NCBI GenBank assembly: GCA_045126575.1
Contig: JBGVOQ010000023.1
Span: 17,382-81,381, forward strand
Length of the DNA stretch: 64,000 bases
Source of the DNA: Candidatus Onthoplasma sp.
GTDB lineage: Bacteria; Bacillota; Clostridia; Christensenellales; UBA1242
Direction of reading: 5' to 3'
Shown: piece by piece, positions 11,217-21,788 of the stretch
Position numbering within the stretch: the stretch's first letter is position 1
Layout: every line of letters begins with the position of its first letter
Position numbers and translations under genes: made by a program
The notes under the pieces: generated by a model
Seen by the model: the letters and a program-made list of their open reading frames with translations, nothing else
The model's database searches: none
What the model was told of the DNA's origin: nothing

Positions 11217-12305
11217 ATGAAAAAATTTATATGCATTGTTTTAATTTGCTTACTCTTACCAATAACATCTATTATGTTGGCGGGTTGTAAAAAAGATTCC
11301 TATGACCTTAAAACCTTTTATACTACTTATGAAAACATCGTACATAACACGCCTTACCTAACTTTGGTAAACGCTACCGACACATACAACTTTGACACCG
11401 CTGTCAGCAAGAAAATTGCCATAAATTACGATAAGGCAACCAATCTAAAAGCAGCAACTTCGTCAGGTTCGTATAAATACATCAACACACTATACCATCA
11501 ACTTTTAGATGACACGCTTGCACCAGTTTATTTCTTTGGTCAAAAAATCGCATCAAGTGACCGCTTAAGCAAAAACCAAACCAAACAATTATTTGAACAA
11601 CTTTATTCTTTGGAGCACGAGTATCAGGAACTGGATTACTATATTGGAATATTAAATAGTTCGCTATCTGCAACATCTAACACCACAATCAATATGTCAC
11701 ATCTCAAAAAAGTATTGTTGCAATACGAAAAACTACTTACTGCAGCCGGAAATCTATCCTCTACTGTATCCAACATCTATTTTAACACAATACTATCTTT
11801 GACCGAGTTTGATTATTCTAACAAAAAGGCAAATGAACTTACATTTGCTGACCTAACCAAAATATCAATCAACACACGTGCCAAAATGTATTACTTCAAA
11901 TCTGTTTACGCAAACGTTTATCATCAAATGTTTATCAAAAACAGCACTATTTCAAATGAAATAATATCTTCTAGCAGCACTCAATTGCCTTCATACAAGC
12001 CACACACATATATGGCTAGCGTAAAGTCTTTAAAAAGTAGAGATTATAGCACTTTAATTAATATGAGTTCTACAATGGAAAAAATCCATACCTACTCTGT
12101 ATCTCTATTTAATATACATCAAACATTTGAGGCCGCTTATGCCGAGTTTAATTTAGCAACCAGCAAAGTTTCGTATTCAAACTTAAGCTCAAAAAGTTCA
12201 AGTGAAGAAAAATCCTATGGAAAAATCATTGAACGCTTTGCTTACGGCATCTCAGTCGACAGTTATGAAGTTTTGAAAAATTTAGCAACATTACTATATT
12301 ATTAA
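11217..12305 (+). CDS. Hypothetical lipoprotein
   Basis: The signal peptide ends in the lipobox MLAGC (ITSIMLAGCKKD). The start lies 2 nt after the upstream stop. Confidence 0.65.
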   Translation: MKKFICIVLICLLLPITSIMLAGCKKDSYDLKTFYTTYENIVHNTPYLTLVNATDTYNFDTAVSKKIAINYDKATNLKAATSSGSYKYINTLYHQLLDDTLAPVYFFGQKIASSDRLSKNQTKQLFEQLYSLEHEYQELDYYIGILNSSLSATSNTTINMSHLKKVLLQYEKLLTAAGNLSSTVSNIYFNTILSLTEFDYSNKKANELTFADLTKISINTRAKMYYFKSVYANVYHQMFIKNSTISNEIISSSSTQLPSYKPHTYMASVKSLKSRDYSTLINMSSTMEKIHTYSVSLFNIHQTFEAAYAEFNLATSKVSYSNLSSKSSSEEKSYGKIIERFAYGISVDSYEVLKNLATLLYY

Positions 12306-12314
12306 GGAGAAATT

Positions 12315-13970
12315 ATGGACTACAAAAAATTAGCGGATTTACTTTATCCTAATACAACTAAAACAATTCAAGATTATTTAAATATTTATCAACCTCGCAA
12401 CCTACCCGAAGGCGCTGAAGTTACACGTTTTGCACCAAGCCCTACTGGATATTTGCACTTTGGAAATTTCTATGGTGCCACAATAGACAAAATGATTGCC
12501 AGCTATTCTAATGGAATTTTCTATATGCGTCTTGAGGATACAGACCAAAAGCGTTTGGTTGAAAATGCTGATAAAGTAGCGCTATCAATTTTAGAGAAAT
12601 TTGAAAGACAACCAGATGAAGGATATCTGCTAAATGGACAAACTGGAAATTATGGACCTTACAAGCAAAGCGAACGTGTAGAGATTTATAACACATTTGC
12701 AAAGTACCTTGTAAGTATAGGTCGTGCATATCCATGCTTCTGTAAAAAGCGTGAGAATAAAGATGAGATATTAAAAGAACGTACCGAACAATTACAAACT
12801 ACAAACACAATGCAAATTAAAGACTCTTGTAGAGATTTAACACTTGAGCAAATTATCGAACATTTAAACAATGGTGATGAATGGGCTTTACGTTTTAAAT
12901 CTTTAGGAAGTGATGGCGAAACCTTTAAATACATTGACGTAGCCAAGGGAGAACGTGTTATTCCTAAAAACACTATGGACTATGTTATAGTAAAAAGCAA
13001 TGGCATACCCGTTTACCACTTAGCACACGTGGTTGATGACATACTAATGCACACCACAACAGTTGTACGTGGCAGCGAATGGTTAGGAACTCTACCATTA
13101 CACGTGGAAATGTTTGAAGCCGTTGGATTTAAACCACCAAAATATTTGCATAACTCCTTAATTATGATTAAGGACAAGGTTACAGGAAATGCTCGTAAAA
13201 TTTCTAAACGTTTTGACCCTGAAGCAGATATGAGATTCTATTTAACCAGCGGTTACCCTGTGGAAGCAGTTAATCGTTATGTAATGAACTTAATTAACAG
13301 CGAATATGAGCCTTGGGCACTAGCAAACCCAGATGCACCACTAAGTGATTATCCATTTAATCCTAAAAATTTAACCACATCAGACCCAATGTTTGATATT
13401 GTTAAGTTAAATGATATTTCAAAAACCGTTATTTCAAAATATACAACTGAGCAAGTGCTAGATAATATACTAACTTGGGCAAAAGAATATGCGCCAAAGG
13501 ATTACGATATTATTATAAATAATAAGGAAGCATTTAAATCAGTGTTGTCTATTGACCGTGAATGTGAACGCCCTCGTAAGGACATAACCAAATTTGATGA
13601 AGTTGTATCACTTTATGATTACATTTTGCCAGACTTCAAGGTTGGCAACACAATTGACTTTGGCACAGTAAACAAGGCATATTTAAAAGAATTTTTGATT
13701 GACTACACTGATAATTACACTGAAGCGCCTGACAATAGCACTTGGTTTAACGATATCAAGCAATGCGCTTTAAAGCACAACTTTGCCGATATGAAGGACT
13801 ACAAAAAGAATCCTGAATTATATGCAGGCAATGTGGCAGATGCGGTTAAGTTTGTACGTTTTGCAATCACAGGCCGCACCAATACGCCTGAGTTGTTTAC
13901 AATAATGAGAACTGTTTCAAAATCTAAATGCATTGAACGTTTAAATGCTTTTATAAAAGCAAATTTCTAA
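12315..13970 (+). CDS. gltX: Glutamate--tRNA ligase (long, about 550-aa form)
   Basis: Class I HIGH-type motif PTGYLHFGN and KMSKS-type motif KISKR. Length and overall layout are typical of GluRS. Confidence 0.9.
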   Translation: MDYKKLADLLYPNTTKTIQDYLNIYQPRNLPEGAEVTRFAPSPTGYLHFGNFYGATIDKMIASYSNGIFYMRLEDTDQKRLVENADKVALSILEKFERQPDEGYLLNGQTGNYGPYKQSERVEIYNTFAKYLVSIGRAYPCFCKKRENKDEILKERTEQLQTTNTMQIKDSCRDLTLEQIIEHLNNGDEWALRFKSLGSDGETFKYIDVAKGERVIPKNTMDYVIVKSNGIPVYHLAHVVDDILMHTTTVVRGSEWLGTLPLHVEMFEAVGFKPPKYLHNSLIMIKDKVTGNARKISKRFDPEADMRFYLTSGYPVEAVNRYVMNLINSEYEPWALANPDAPLSDYPFNPKNLTTSDPMFDIVKLNDISKTVISKYTTEQVLDNILTWAKEYAPKDYDIIINNKEAFKSVLSIDRECERPRKDITKFDEVVSLYDYILPDFKVGNTIDFGTVNKAYLKEFLIDYTDNYTEAPDNSTWFNDIKQCALKHNFADMKDYKKNPELYAGNVADAVKFVRFAITGRTNTPELFTIMRTVSKSKCIERLNAFIKANF

Positions 13971-13985
13971 TACATACAAAAAAAT

Positions 13986-14013
13986 GGAGATAAGCACTTT
14001 ATCTCTATTTTTT
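13986..14013 (+). terminator. Rho-independent terminator after gltX
   Basis: Stem GAGATAA (13987-13993) pairs with TTATCTC (13999-14005). The loop is 5 nt and a T-run follows. Confidence 0.6.
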
Positions 14014-14101
14014 AGACTTAAATCTCATTTTCCCCGCCTAACAATTACCCTATTTTAGCAAACATTATAACAAAGTTATACATTTTTTTTCAAAAACAGT
14101 A

Positions 14102-14130
14102 TTGACATTGCGCTAGATTACTGATATAAT
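14102..14130 (+). promoter_or_regulatory. Sigma-A type promoter (TTGACA-17 nt-TATAAT)
   Basis: TTGACA at 14102-14107 and TATAAT at 14125-14130, upstream of a GGAGG RBS and the ATG at 14163. Confidence 0.5.
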
Positions 14131-14162
14131 ATGATAAATTTAAAAACATTTAGGAGGTTTTT

Positions 14163-15164
14163 ATGAGTAAAATGAAGAAAGCAACCAAAGGTAGCACACC
14201 TTTAAAAGTTTCAATCGCCGCTGTTTGTTTGCTAGTATCTATTGGATTCTCTGTGCTCATAAGCAATAGCAACAAAACAACTTCTCAAGAGAATTCTACC
14301 GGCACACCAGGGATTAAGGATAAAGTTTCAGCTAGCGATTTGGGAACAGACTCTAAACCTTTATATAAAGTAGAAGATACATCTGCTGCTACAGAACACG
14401 TAACTTCTGAAACCGAGCAAAATGTTTCTGCAAACTCTTTATACGGCTCACTTATAGCAGATTTAACAAATAAAGCTCAGGAGTATTGCGCAGAACATAG
14501 AGCTAGTTTGTCAAAAATGCAATTTATTGGCGTAAGTAACGTTAAAGTTGAAGGAAACGAGGTTGCCGTAAAGGGCGAATTTAAAAATGGTGAACAATTT
14601 GGCAACTGCATATTCACTATGCAAAACGAAAATCCAGATTTGGAAATCTTTAATATTAGTGGCACTGAAATTGATACCGAAGATTTTGTAGAAGCTGTTC
14701 GTGAAATATTAAATGACTCAGCAACATCATTTGCTTTAGATGCAAGACAACGCCTTATTAACTTTGATGAAATCAACAAGTCAGCAGTTGCTCAAAAAGT
14801 TGTGGAAGGATTATCCGCAGAAGAATCAGCTAATTTAACTGAAAATGTGGACTCAGCATCTTTCTCACTATTATTAAATAGCCGTGAGAAAAACGAAGAT
14901 GGATTTAAATACACATACACTGTTGTAATCTACACCGAAAATTATGTTTATGCTTCAACATTCTCATTCAATTCCGCAGATACGCTTAGCAGCACGGATT
15001 TAAAAAATAGAATTAAGGACCATGTTACAGCTAGCGATACAGTATGTGAAAATTCGGCAGCCAAAGCAACAGATGACTTTGAAAAATTATTGCACGACCT
15101 AAAAAGTCAAAAAACTACAAAAGCCAACATTGAAGAATCTGAACAAGTTGTAAGCCGTTATTAA
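14163..15164 (+). CDS. Hypothetical secreted/membrane-anchored protein
   Basis: N-terminal TM/signal segment (LKVSIAAVCLLVSIGFSVLI), then an acidic Ser/Thr-rich region. Strong RBS. Confidence 0.6.
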   Translation: MSKMKKATKGSTPLKVSIAAVCLLVSIGFSVLISNSNKTTSQENSTGTPGIKDKVSASDLGTDSKPLYKVEDTSAATEHVTSETEQNVSANSLYGSLIADLTNKAQEYCAEHRASLSKMQFIGVSNVKVEGNEVAVKGEFKNGEQFGNCIFTMQNENPDLEIFNISGTEIDTEDFVEAVREILNDSATSFALDARQRLINFDEINKSAVAQKVVEGLSAEESANLTENVDSASFSLLLNSREKNEDGFKYTYTVVIYTENYVYASTFSFNSADTLSSTDLKNRIKDHVTASDTVCENSAAKATDDFEKLLHDLKSQKTTKANIEESEQVVSRY

Positions 15165-15182
15165 TAATTATTTAAAAAAATT

Positions 15183-15218
15183 AAAAAACTATAACATTGC
15201 CTTGTTATAGTTTTTTTT
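15183..15218. terminator. Bidirectional rho-independent terminator between convergent genes
   Basis: 9-bp stem AACTATAAC (15187-15195) pairs with GTTATAGTT (15204-15212). An A-run lies upstream and a T-run downstream. Confidence 0.6.
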
Positions 15219-15329
15219 ATTGAATTTTTATTAAATTAAAATATGTTTTTTGCAATTATAGATATATTTTTTTATTATTTTTATAATTATTTTATATAAC
15301 TAATTCATATATTTAATTACACATTTAAA

Positions 15330-16061
15330 TTACAACGCAAACCCACCATCAACAGTAACGACCTGCCCTGTAATAAATGTAGCATTATCGCTAGCCAAAA
15401 AGTATACCGCATCTGCTACATCTTGCGGAGTTCCTAACCTGTTAAGTGGTGTTTGATTTTTTAATTCCTTTTTATCTTCATCACTATAGTCCAACAACAT
15501 ATCAGTATCAATCACTCCAGGACACACACAATTTACACATATTCCGCTTGGAGCAAGTTCCTTAGCCAGCGCCATAGTGAATGCAATAACCGCACCCTTA
15601 CTAGCACTATAAATAGTTTCCATACTAGCACCAACCTTACCCCAAATTGATGAAATGTTAACAATCTTACCAGCCTTTTCACTGACCATACTTGGAACAA
15701 CCGCCCTAGAGCAGTTAATTACACCAAACGTGTTCACTCCAAACACTCGTGCTATTTCATCAGTGGTTGTAAGTTGAAATAATTTAGATAGCGCCACACC
15801 CGCATTATTGACCAACACATCAATTTTGCCAAACTTTTTTAAAGCCTTAGCCACCATTTCATTCACTTCACTTTCCACCGAAACGTCTGCCTTAATCAAT
15901 AAGCATTGCACACCTATATCATCAATATACCTTGCAATAGTTTTAGCCTTAGCTTCACTTGTATTGTAATTTAATACAACATTATATCCTTCACGTGCAA
16001 ACTTTAAAGCAATCTCCTTACCTATCCCACGTGACGCACCTGTAATCAAAACTGTTTTCAT
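15330..16061 (-). CDS. SDR-family oxidoreductase, 3-oxoacyl-ACP reductase-like
   Basis: TGASRGIG cofactor motif, NNAG, and the YSASK catalytic Y-x3-K. The 243-aa length is that of a classical SDR. Confidence 0.8.
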   Translation of the reverse strand: MKTVLITGASRGIGKEIALKFAREGYNVVLNYNTSEAKAKTIARYIDDIGVQCLLIKADVSVESEVNEMVAKALKKFGKIDVLVNNAGVALSKLFQLTTTDEIARVFGVNTFGVINCSRAVVPSMVSEKAGKIVNISSIWGKVGASMETIYSASKGAVIAFTMALAKELAPSGICVNCVCPGVIDTDMLLDYSDEDKKELKNQTPLNRLGTPQDVADAVYFLASDNATFITGQVVTVDGGFAL

Positions 16062-16069
16062 AAATTTTT

Positions 16070-16630
16070 CTACTCCTTTGTTATTTCACCCAATTTTTCA
16101 AATATTGGAACATTATTTTTATACCCTTTAGGATTTAATGGTGATGGGTGATATATCGGCAACAATAAATATTTCTTACCACCGAGTTCAATATCAAACA
16201 CTTTACCGACCACATCTGAAAATTTATTCAACTTATAATCCAACAATACTTGCGTTGGCGCCAGCCCCATTGTAACAATAATATCACAAGGCAAATCCCT
16301 TAATTGCCTTGCCAAGATTGGTAAACATTTACTAGAGCACTTAGGTAATGTTTTCCTATCGTCAATAATACATTTACAACATTCGGTAAAATATATATCG
16401 CTTATACTCAAACCTATAATATTTAACAACTTTTCAAGAACCCTGCCACTTGCCTGCAGTTTGCCTGCAGTGTTATAAAAAGCTTTATGCGATTGAATCC
16501 AGCCATCTTTTGCAGGGCTTTCGCCAATAACCACAAATCTTGTAGTCCCAATTTGAATATTATCATCCACAAGTTTTGGCAAATCTCCACATAATTTACA
16601 TTTAATTATATCTTGCTTTACATCATTCAT
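16070..16630 (-). CDS. Uracil-DNA glycosylase, family 4-like
   Basis: Motif A GESPA and motif B HPSPLN, plus N-terminal CxxC and further Cys residues consistent with an Fe-S family 4 UDG. Confidence 0.75.
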   Translation of the reverse strand: MNDVKQDIIKCKLCGDLPKLVDDNIQIGTTRFVVIGESPAKDGWIQSHKAFYNTAGKLQASGRVLEKLLNIIGLSISDIYFTECCKCIIDDRKTLPKCSSKCLPILARQLRDLPCDIIVTMGLAPTQVLLDYKLNKFSDVVGKVFDIELGGKKYLLLPIYHPSPLNPKGYKNNVPIFEKLGEITKE

Positions 16631-16754
16631 ATAATTATTATATCAAAACTTACCATTTTTTTCAAGTATAATCAACATATTTACACTCCTGATTTAACTG
16701 CTATACTTATCATATTTAATAGAACCATAGCATATAAATAACTAGGAGAATTAT

Positions 16755-17039
16755 ATGGAAGAGAATAAATCTAATAATACCAAGCCAGTCCTTGAGCATA
16801 ATTTAACACTAACCAACCGAAAACACCTAACCATTACAGGAGTTGACAAGGTTGTTAGTGTAAAGCCAGAACTTTTGCAAATCAAATCTACCGCCGGCGA
16901 CATTGCAATATCTGGGCAAAACATTGAAGTTACAAAACTTGACGTGGAACAACATACGATTACCCTAACAGGAAAATTTGATAACATTAAATACTTTGAA
17001 AATACTAAAACTCCACTATTAAAGAAGATTTTTAAATGA
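16755..17039 (+). CDS. yabP: Sporulation protein YabP
   Basis: LTLTNRKHLTITGVDKVVS...IEVTKLD...LTGKFDNIKY matches the YabP pattern. A small membrane ORF follows, as in Bacillus and Clostridium. Confidence 0.8.
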   Translation: MEENKSNNTKPVLEHNLTLTNRKHLTITGVDKVVSVKPELLQIKSTAGDIAISGQNIEVTKLDVEQHTITLTGKFDNIKYFENTKTPLLKKIFK

Positions 17040-17410
17040 TATTTTTCAGCATAAATCAATTATATTCTTTTTGTTTAATTTTGTTTTGCGGAATACTTTG
17101 TGGGCTTATTTATAGTATTTTTTGTGTATTTTTAATTAAAAATCACCAAAATAAATTAATTAATTTTATTTTTAAATTTATTTTTAGTATTTTTATCGGT
17201 ATTTTATTAATATTTTCCATAAATATTTTTTATTTTGGGCAGTTTAATCCAATTGTTATTTTATCATTTTTTATTGGATTAATATGGAGTATAAAAACTC
17301 TTGGATTTTTGCTTGATTTTTTCGAAACAAAAGTTTATTATATTTATAACAAGTCGTTTAAGTATATAAAGTTTTGTTTTGTGAGGAAAAATGAATCAAT
17401 CAAGGACTAA
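17036..17410 (+). CDS. yabQ: Spore cortex biosynthesis protein YabQ-like membrane protein
   Basis: Polytopic small membrane protein that overlaps the yabP stop by 4 nt. The call rests on synteny. Confidence 0.6.
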   Translation: MIFFSINQLYSFCLILFCGILCGLIYSIFCVFLIKNHQNKLINFIFKFIFSIFIGILLIFSINIFYFGQFNPIVILSFFIGLIWSIKTLGFLLDFFETKVYYIYNKSFKYIKFCFVRKNESIKD

Positions 17411-17627
17411 ATCTAAAGTAACATTAATAGCACTATCCGCAATCGCAATAGTGTTTTTGCTTTTGGTGGTATCCATTGTTGAAATAGTTTGCGTGTACAA
17501 GTACAAAAAGCAAATCGCCAAGCAGGAACAACAAATTACGGAACTTCAAAACGCCAAGGATTTTTACGAAGATAAGCTTTATGATTTGGGCTACACTGAT
17601 GACGATTTGATTTTTGAGGAGGAATAA
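17391..17627 (+). CDS. Septum formation initiator (DivIC/FtsB-like)
   Basis: One TM segment followed by a coiled coil (QIAKQEQQITELQNAKDFYEDKL). Its position after yabPQ matches the conserved yabP-yabQ-divIC order. Confidence 0.55.
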   Translation: MNQSRTKSKVTLIALSAIAIVFLLLVVSIVEIVCVYKYKKQIAKQEQQITELQNAKDFYEDKLYDLGYTDDDLIFEEE

Positions 17628-18178
17628 TGATTATTACAGTTAGCGGTAAGCCTTGCACAGGCAAAAGCACAATGGCAGAAATCTTTTGCAAAAAATACAA
17701 CTTTGACAGAGTATATGCGGGAGCAATATTTAAGGCGCACGCTCGTGAACTAGGTATTGATATAACAGACCTTTGCAAAAGTGAACAAATGTGTGAAATT
17801 GACAAACGTGTAGATAAGGATTTAGAAAAACTATATCACGCACGTTTAAATGATGACCTGCTAGTTGAAAGCCGCACTTCTTGGAGTTTTATGCCAAAAG
17901 CATTTAACGTGTTTATCAACATCCCTGACCAAGTTATGGCTGAAAGATTATTCAACTCAGACCGTCCAGAAAATGAGCGTGGAAAAAATTTGGAAGAAGC
18001 TCTAACAAAGGTAACCGAGCGTTATAACGCAGACGTGTCACGATATAAAATGTTATACAATATTGATTGCGACAATCTTGATAATTACACTTTTGTAATC
18101 GACAACTCAAATCTCACTCCAGAACAAACCGCTGACAAGATATATGAAGAATATTTAAAATTTTTAAACAAGGCTTAA
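17627..18178 (+). CDS. Cytidylate kinase-family (archaeal-type CMP kinase-like) P-loop protein
   Basis: Walker A SGKPCTGKST. The size and layout fit small nucleotide kinases. TAATG stop-start overlap with the upstream gene. Confidence 0.65.
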   Translation: MIITVSGKPCTGKSTMAEIFCKKYNFDRVYAGAIFKAHARELGIDITDLCKSEQMCEIDKRVDKDLEKLYHARLNDDLLVESRTSWSFMPKAFNVFINIPDQVMAERLFNSDRPENERGKNLEEALTKVTERYNADVSRYKMLYNIDCDNLDNYTFVIDNSNLTPEQTADKIYEEYLKFLNKA

Positions 18179-18203
18179 GATTTAAACAATATCAATTCAT
18201 TAG

Positions 18204-18236
18204 AACAATCATAATATTCTTATGGTTGTTTTTTTG
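18204..18236 (+). terminator. Rho-independent terminator
   Basis: 11-bp stem (18204-18214 with 18220-18230, one G-U pair), 5-nt loop and a T-run. Confidence 0.55.
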
Positions 18237-18352
18237 TTATTATTACAAAAAATTATATTTATTAATATAATATACTTGTTATTTTAGTTTACAAAAAGTT
18301 GATTATTTGGTATTATAGGGTCAAGAGTAATTTGCTCAGAAAGGGAGACATT

Positions 18353-21082
18353 ATGGGATTATTTTCATACTTGTTCGGCTCTGATAACAGCCGAAACTTA
18401 AAAAAGGTAAACAAAATTGTTGACAAAATTGAAGAAAAGTCTGATTTTTACAAAGCCTTAAGTGACAACGAACTTCAAGGTATGACCGCTAAATTTAAGG
18501 AAAGATTATCTAATGGCGAAACATTGGACGATATTTTGCCAGACGCTTTTGCTGTTGTGCGTGAAGCCAGCACACGTGTATTTGGCAAACGTCATTTCCG
18601 TGTACAATTAATTGGCGGTGTTGTTTTACACCAAGGCCGTATTGCCGAAATGCGTACAGGTGAAGGTAAAACTTTGACCGCAACACTTCCAGCATACTTA
18701 AATGCTCTATCAGGCAACAATGTACACGTTGTAACCGTTAACGAATATTTGGCACAATATCAAGCTGAACTCATGGGCAAGTTGTACAAGTTTTTAGGCC
18801 TTACTATCGGTGTATCACTTAGTGGTCAGTCTGCTGAGGCTAAGCAAAAAGCATACGCTTGCGATATCACCTACTCTACTAATAACGAGTTAGGCTTTGA
18901 CTACTTGCGTGATAATATGCAACCAGATAAAAAATACAAGGTTCAACGTGGCCACACTTTCTGTATCGTGGACGAGGTGGACTCAATTTTAATTGATGAA
19001 GCACGTACTCCTCTTATCATTTCAGGTAGTGGCGACAAAACAAGTGACTTGTATGTAAAAGCCGACAGTTTTGTGCGTAGATTAAATGAAGGTGACTATG
19101 AAATTGATATCAAACAAAAACAAATCCGTTTAACCGAAGATGGTGTTACACGTGCCGAAAAATATTTTGGAATTGAAAATTTATCCGACATTTCAGCACT
19201 TGAACTTAACCATCATATAAACAATGCGTTGCGTGCACACTTTATTATGAAACGTGATAGCAACTACATTGTAAAAGATGATGAAGTGTTGATTGTTGAC
19301 GAATTTACCGGACGTTTGATGCAAGGTAGACGTTATAGCGATGGTTTGCACCAAGCAATCGAAGCTAAGGAACATGTTAAAATTAAAAATGAAAACAAAA
19401 CTCTGGCAACCATCACATTCCAAAACTACTTCAAACTTTATTCAAAACTTAGCGGTATGACTGGTACTGCAAAAACTGAGGAAATTGAATTTAACAAAAT
19501 TTACAACCTAGACGTTGTAACAATCCCTACCAATAAGCCAGTACAAAGAATTGATGAAAATGATATGATTTTCTACACCGAAGACGCTAAATACAAGGCT
19601 ATCGTTGAAGAAATTCAAGAAAAATACAAATCAGGTCAACCAATCCTTGTAGGTACTGCATCAGTTGACAAGAGTGAGCGCATTAGCCGCGAAATTTCCA
19701 AACTCGGAATCCCTCACAACGTGCTTAATGCTAAAAATCACGAACGTGAAAGTTTGATTATTGCCCAAGCAGGTCGTGTCGGAGCAGTTACTATTGCTAC
19801 CAATATGGCAGGTCGTGGTACAGATATTTTACTTGGCGGTAATGCAGAATATCTTGCTAAAGCAAAACTTACTCAAGAAGGAATTTCTAACGAAGTTATC
19901 GACAAAATCACCGCATATAACGTAGAATTAACAGATGAAGAAAAACAAATTAAAGAACAATATAACAAAGTTTTGGCAGACTATGAAAAAGAAACTGCTG
20001 AAGAACGTGAAAAAGTGTTGGCTCTTGGAGGTCTTCACATATTAGGTACTGAGCGCCACGAATCACGCCGTATTGATAACCAATTACGTGGTCGTGCTGG
20101 ACGTCAAGGTGACCCAGGCTCATCAATATTCTTTATATCTCTTGAAGATGAACTTCCTCAACGTTTTGGCGAAGACCGTATGAAAAATTTATTCTCTATA
20201 ATCTTTAGAGGAAATGAAGATATGCCTATCCAAATGGGTATGCTTACCAAGTTCTTTGAACGTGCACAAAAGAAAACCGAAGGTGTGAACTTTGGTATAC
20301 GTAAACAAGTGCTTGAATATGATGATGTATTAAACAAGCAACGTACAATCATCTACAACGAACGTGACAAAGTGTTGGAAGGCGAAGATGTACATGCTCA
20401 AGTTATTGAAATGTTGCATGATTATATCAACTCTATCTGTATGGACTACATTGATGATACAAAACCTAGTTACGAATGGGATTTGGAAACTCTTAACAAG
20501 GCGCTTGAAGATAAATTATTTGAAAAGGGCGCAAATATTGTAACCAAGGAACTTGTTGACGATTGTGATGTGAACCAAGCAAGTGCAAAAGTGTATGAAA
20601 AAGCCCTTGAATTGTACGAAGGTAAAGTTAACGAAATTAAGAAGATTGGTATTGATTTTTCACAAATCGAACGTGCAATTATGTTGCGTGTAGTTGATAA
20701 ATTCTGGATGGACCACATTGATGCAATGAACACTTTACGTAACGAAATTGGTGTATTGTCATATGGTCAAAAAGACCCTATTATCGCATACAAAAATGAA
20801 GGTTTTGATATGTTTGATAATATGATTGAACAAATTCGTGAATATACTGCATCTACATTATTTAGAATGAAGATTCGTATCGATATCAAAGTGCCTCAAC
20901 GTGCACCAATCCCTACTAGCAATCAACCACAACCAGCGGCAGCACCTAATGCTAAAGGTCCATTTGTGCCAGGCAATGTTAGCAAAACACCTGCTAAGGC
21001 AGAAACAAAAGTAGACCGCAATGCACCATGCCCTTGTGGAAGCGGTAAGAAGTATAAAAACTGTTGCGGAAAAGATGCTTAA
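18353..21082 (+). CDS. secA: Preprotein translocase ATPase SecA
   Basis: The start MGLFSYLFGS has a GGGAG RBS. DEAD-like motor motifs are MRTGEGKT and DEVDSILIDEARTPLIIS. The C-terminal zinc motif is CPCGSGKKYKNCCG. Confidence 0.95.
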   Translation: MGLFSYLFGSDNSRNLKKVNKIVDKIEEKSDFYKALSDNELQGMTAKFKERLSNGETLDDILPDAFAVVREASTRVFGKRHFRVQLIGGVVLHQGRIAEMRTGEGKTLTATLPAYLNALSGNNVHVVTVNEYLAQYQAELMGKLYKFLGLTIGVSLSGQSAEAKQKAYACDITYSTNNELGFDYLRDNMQPDKKYKVQRGHTFCIVDEVDSILIDEARTPLIISGSGDKTSDLYVKADSFVRRLNEGDYEIDIKQKQIRLTEDGVTRAEKYFGIENLSDISALELNHHINNALRAHFIMKRDSNYIVKDDEVLIVDEFTGRLMQGRRYSDGLHQAIEAKEHVKIKNENKTLATITFQNYFKLYSKLSGMTGTAKTEEIEFNKIYNLDVVTIPTNKPVQRIDENDMIFYTEDAKYKAIVEEIQEKYKSGQPILVGTASVDKSERISREISKLGIPHNVLNAKNHERESLIIAQAGRVGAVTIATNMAGRGTDILLGGNAEYLAKAKLTQEGISNEVIDKITAYNVELTDEEKQIKEQYNKVLADYEKETAEEREKVLALGGLHILGTERHESRRIDNQLRGRAGRQGDPGSSIFFISLEDELPQRFGEDRMKNLFSIIFRGNEDMPIQMGMLTKFFERAQKKTEGVNFGIRKQVLEYDDVLNKQRTIIYNERDKVLEGEDVHAQVIEMLHDYINSICMDYIDDTKPSYEWDLETLNKALEDKLFEKGANIVTKELVDDCDVNQASAKVYEKALELYEGKVNEIKKIGIDFSQIERAIMLRVVDKFWMDHIDAMNTLRNEIGVLSYGQKDPIIAYKNEGFDMFDNMIEQIREYTASTLFRMKIRIDIKVPQRAPIPTSNQPQPAAAPNAKGPFVPGNVSKTPAKAETKVDRNAPCPCGSGKKYKNCCGKDA

Positions 21083-21087
21083 CAACT

Positions 21088-21120
21088 AAAAATGGGTGGA
21101 AAATTTCCACTCATTTTTTA
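21088..21120 (+). terminator. Rho-independent terminator after secA
   Basis: Stem 21092-21099 pairs with 21107-21114 (ATGGGTGG/CCACTCAT, one G-U pair), followed by a T-run. Confidence 0.55.
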
Positions 21121-21131
21121 CGCCCTTTTGT

Positions 21132-21160
21132 TTGACAAAACCTTAGTTGTTTGATATTAT
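21132..21160 (+). promoter_or_regulatory. Sigma-A type promoter (TTGACA-17 nt-TATTAT)
   Basis: TTGACA at 21132-21137 and TATTAT at 21155-21160, upstream of the tdk RBS. Confidence 0.5.
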
Positions 21161-21178
21161 GTGTTTGAGGAAAAATTT

Positions 21179-21769
21179 ATGAGCAAATTGTACTTTAGAT
21201 ATGGCGTTATGGGTAGCAGCAAAACTGCCGAAGCCTTGATGTGTCGCTTTAATTACATTCAAAAAGGATTTAATGTTCTTCTTTTAAAGCCAAGTATTGA
21301 TAATAGATTTCAGGAAGACAATCCACAAGTAATCTCACGTATTGGAATTAAGGCTGATTGCATAAAATTTGATAAAAATCAAGATTTAATCAAATTGTTT
21401 AGTACTGAAAATTTAAAGCAAAAAATTGATGTTGTAATCGTTGACGAGTGTCAGTTTTGCTCCGCAATTCAAATTGAGCAACTAAGACGAATTGCCTATG
21501 ATGTTAATGTGCTTTGCTATGGACTACTTACCAACTTTAAAACTGAACTATTTGAAGGAAGCAAGCGCCTAGTTGAAATTGCCGATAGTTTGCAGGAAGT
21601 TAAAAGTGTATGCAAATGCGGACGTAAGGCAAGTGTAAACGCCCGTCTAATAAATGGACAAATTACAACTAGCGGAGCCGAAGTTATGATTGGAGCCGAA
21701 GAGTGTTATGAAAGTATGTGCTACCTATGTTTTAGAAAGCAACTATCAAAACAAAAAACGAGTGATTAA
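21179..21769 (+). CDS. tdk: Thymidine kinase
   Basis: The start MSKLYFRYGVMGSSKT contains the P-loop. VDECQF is present, and the C-terminal zinc ribbon is CKCG...C..C. Confidence 0.9.
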   Translation: MSKLYFRYGVMGSSKTAEALMCRFNYIQKGFNVLLLKPSIDNRFQEDNPQVISRIGIKADCIKFDKNQDLIKLFSTENLKQKIDVVIVDECQFCSAIQIEQLRRIAYDVNVLCYGLLTNFKTELFEGSKRLVEIADSLQEVKSVCKCGRKASVNARLINGQITTSGAEVMIGAEECYESMCYLCFRKQLSKQKTSD

Positions 21770-21788
21770 GTTCACTCATTTTTTTAAC

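Noticed and set aside
16631-16754. Sporulation sigma-E/sigma-K type promoter upstream of yabP (CATAGCATA, TCATATT)
   Set aside because: The spacing between the -35-like and -10-like elements is only about 9 nt, too short for the known consensus.
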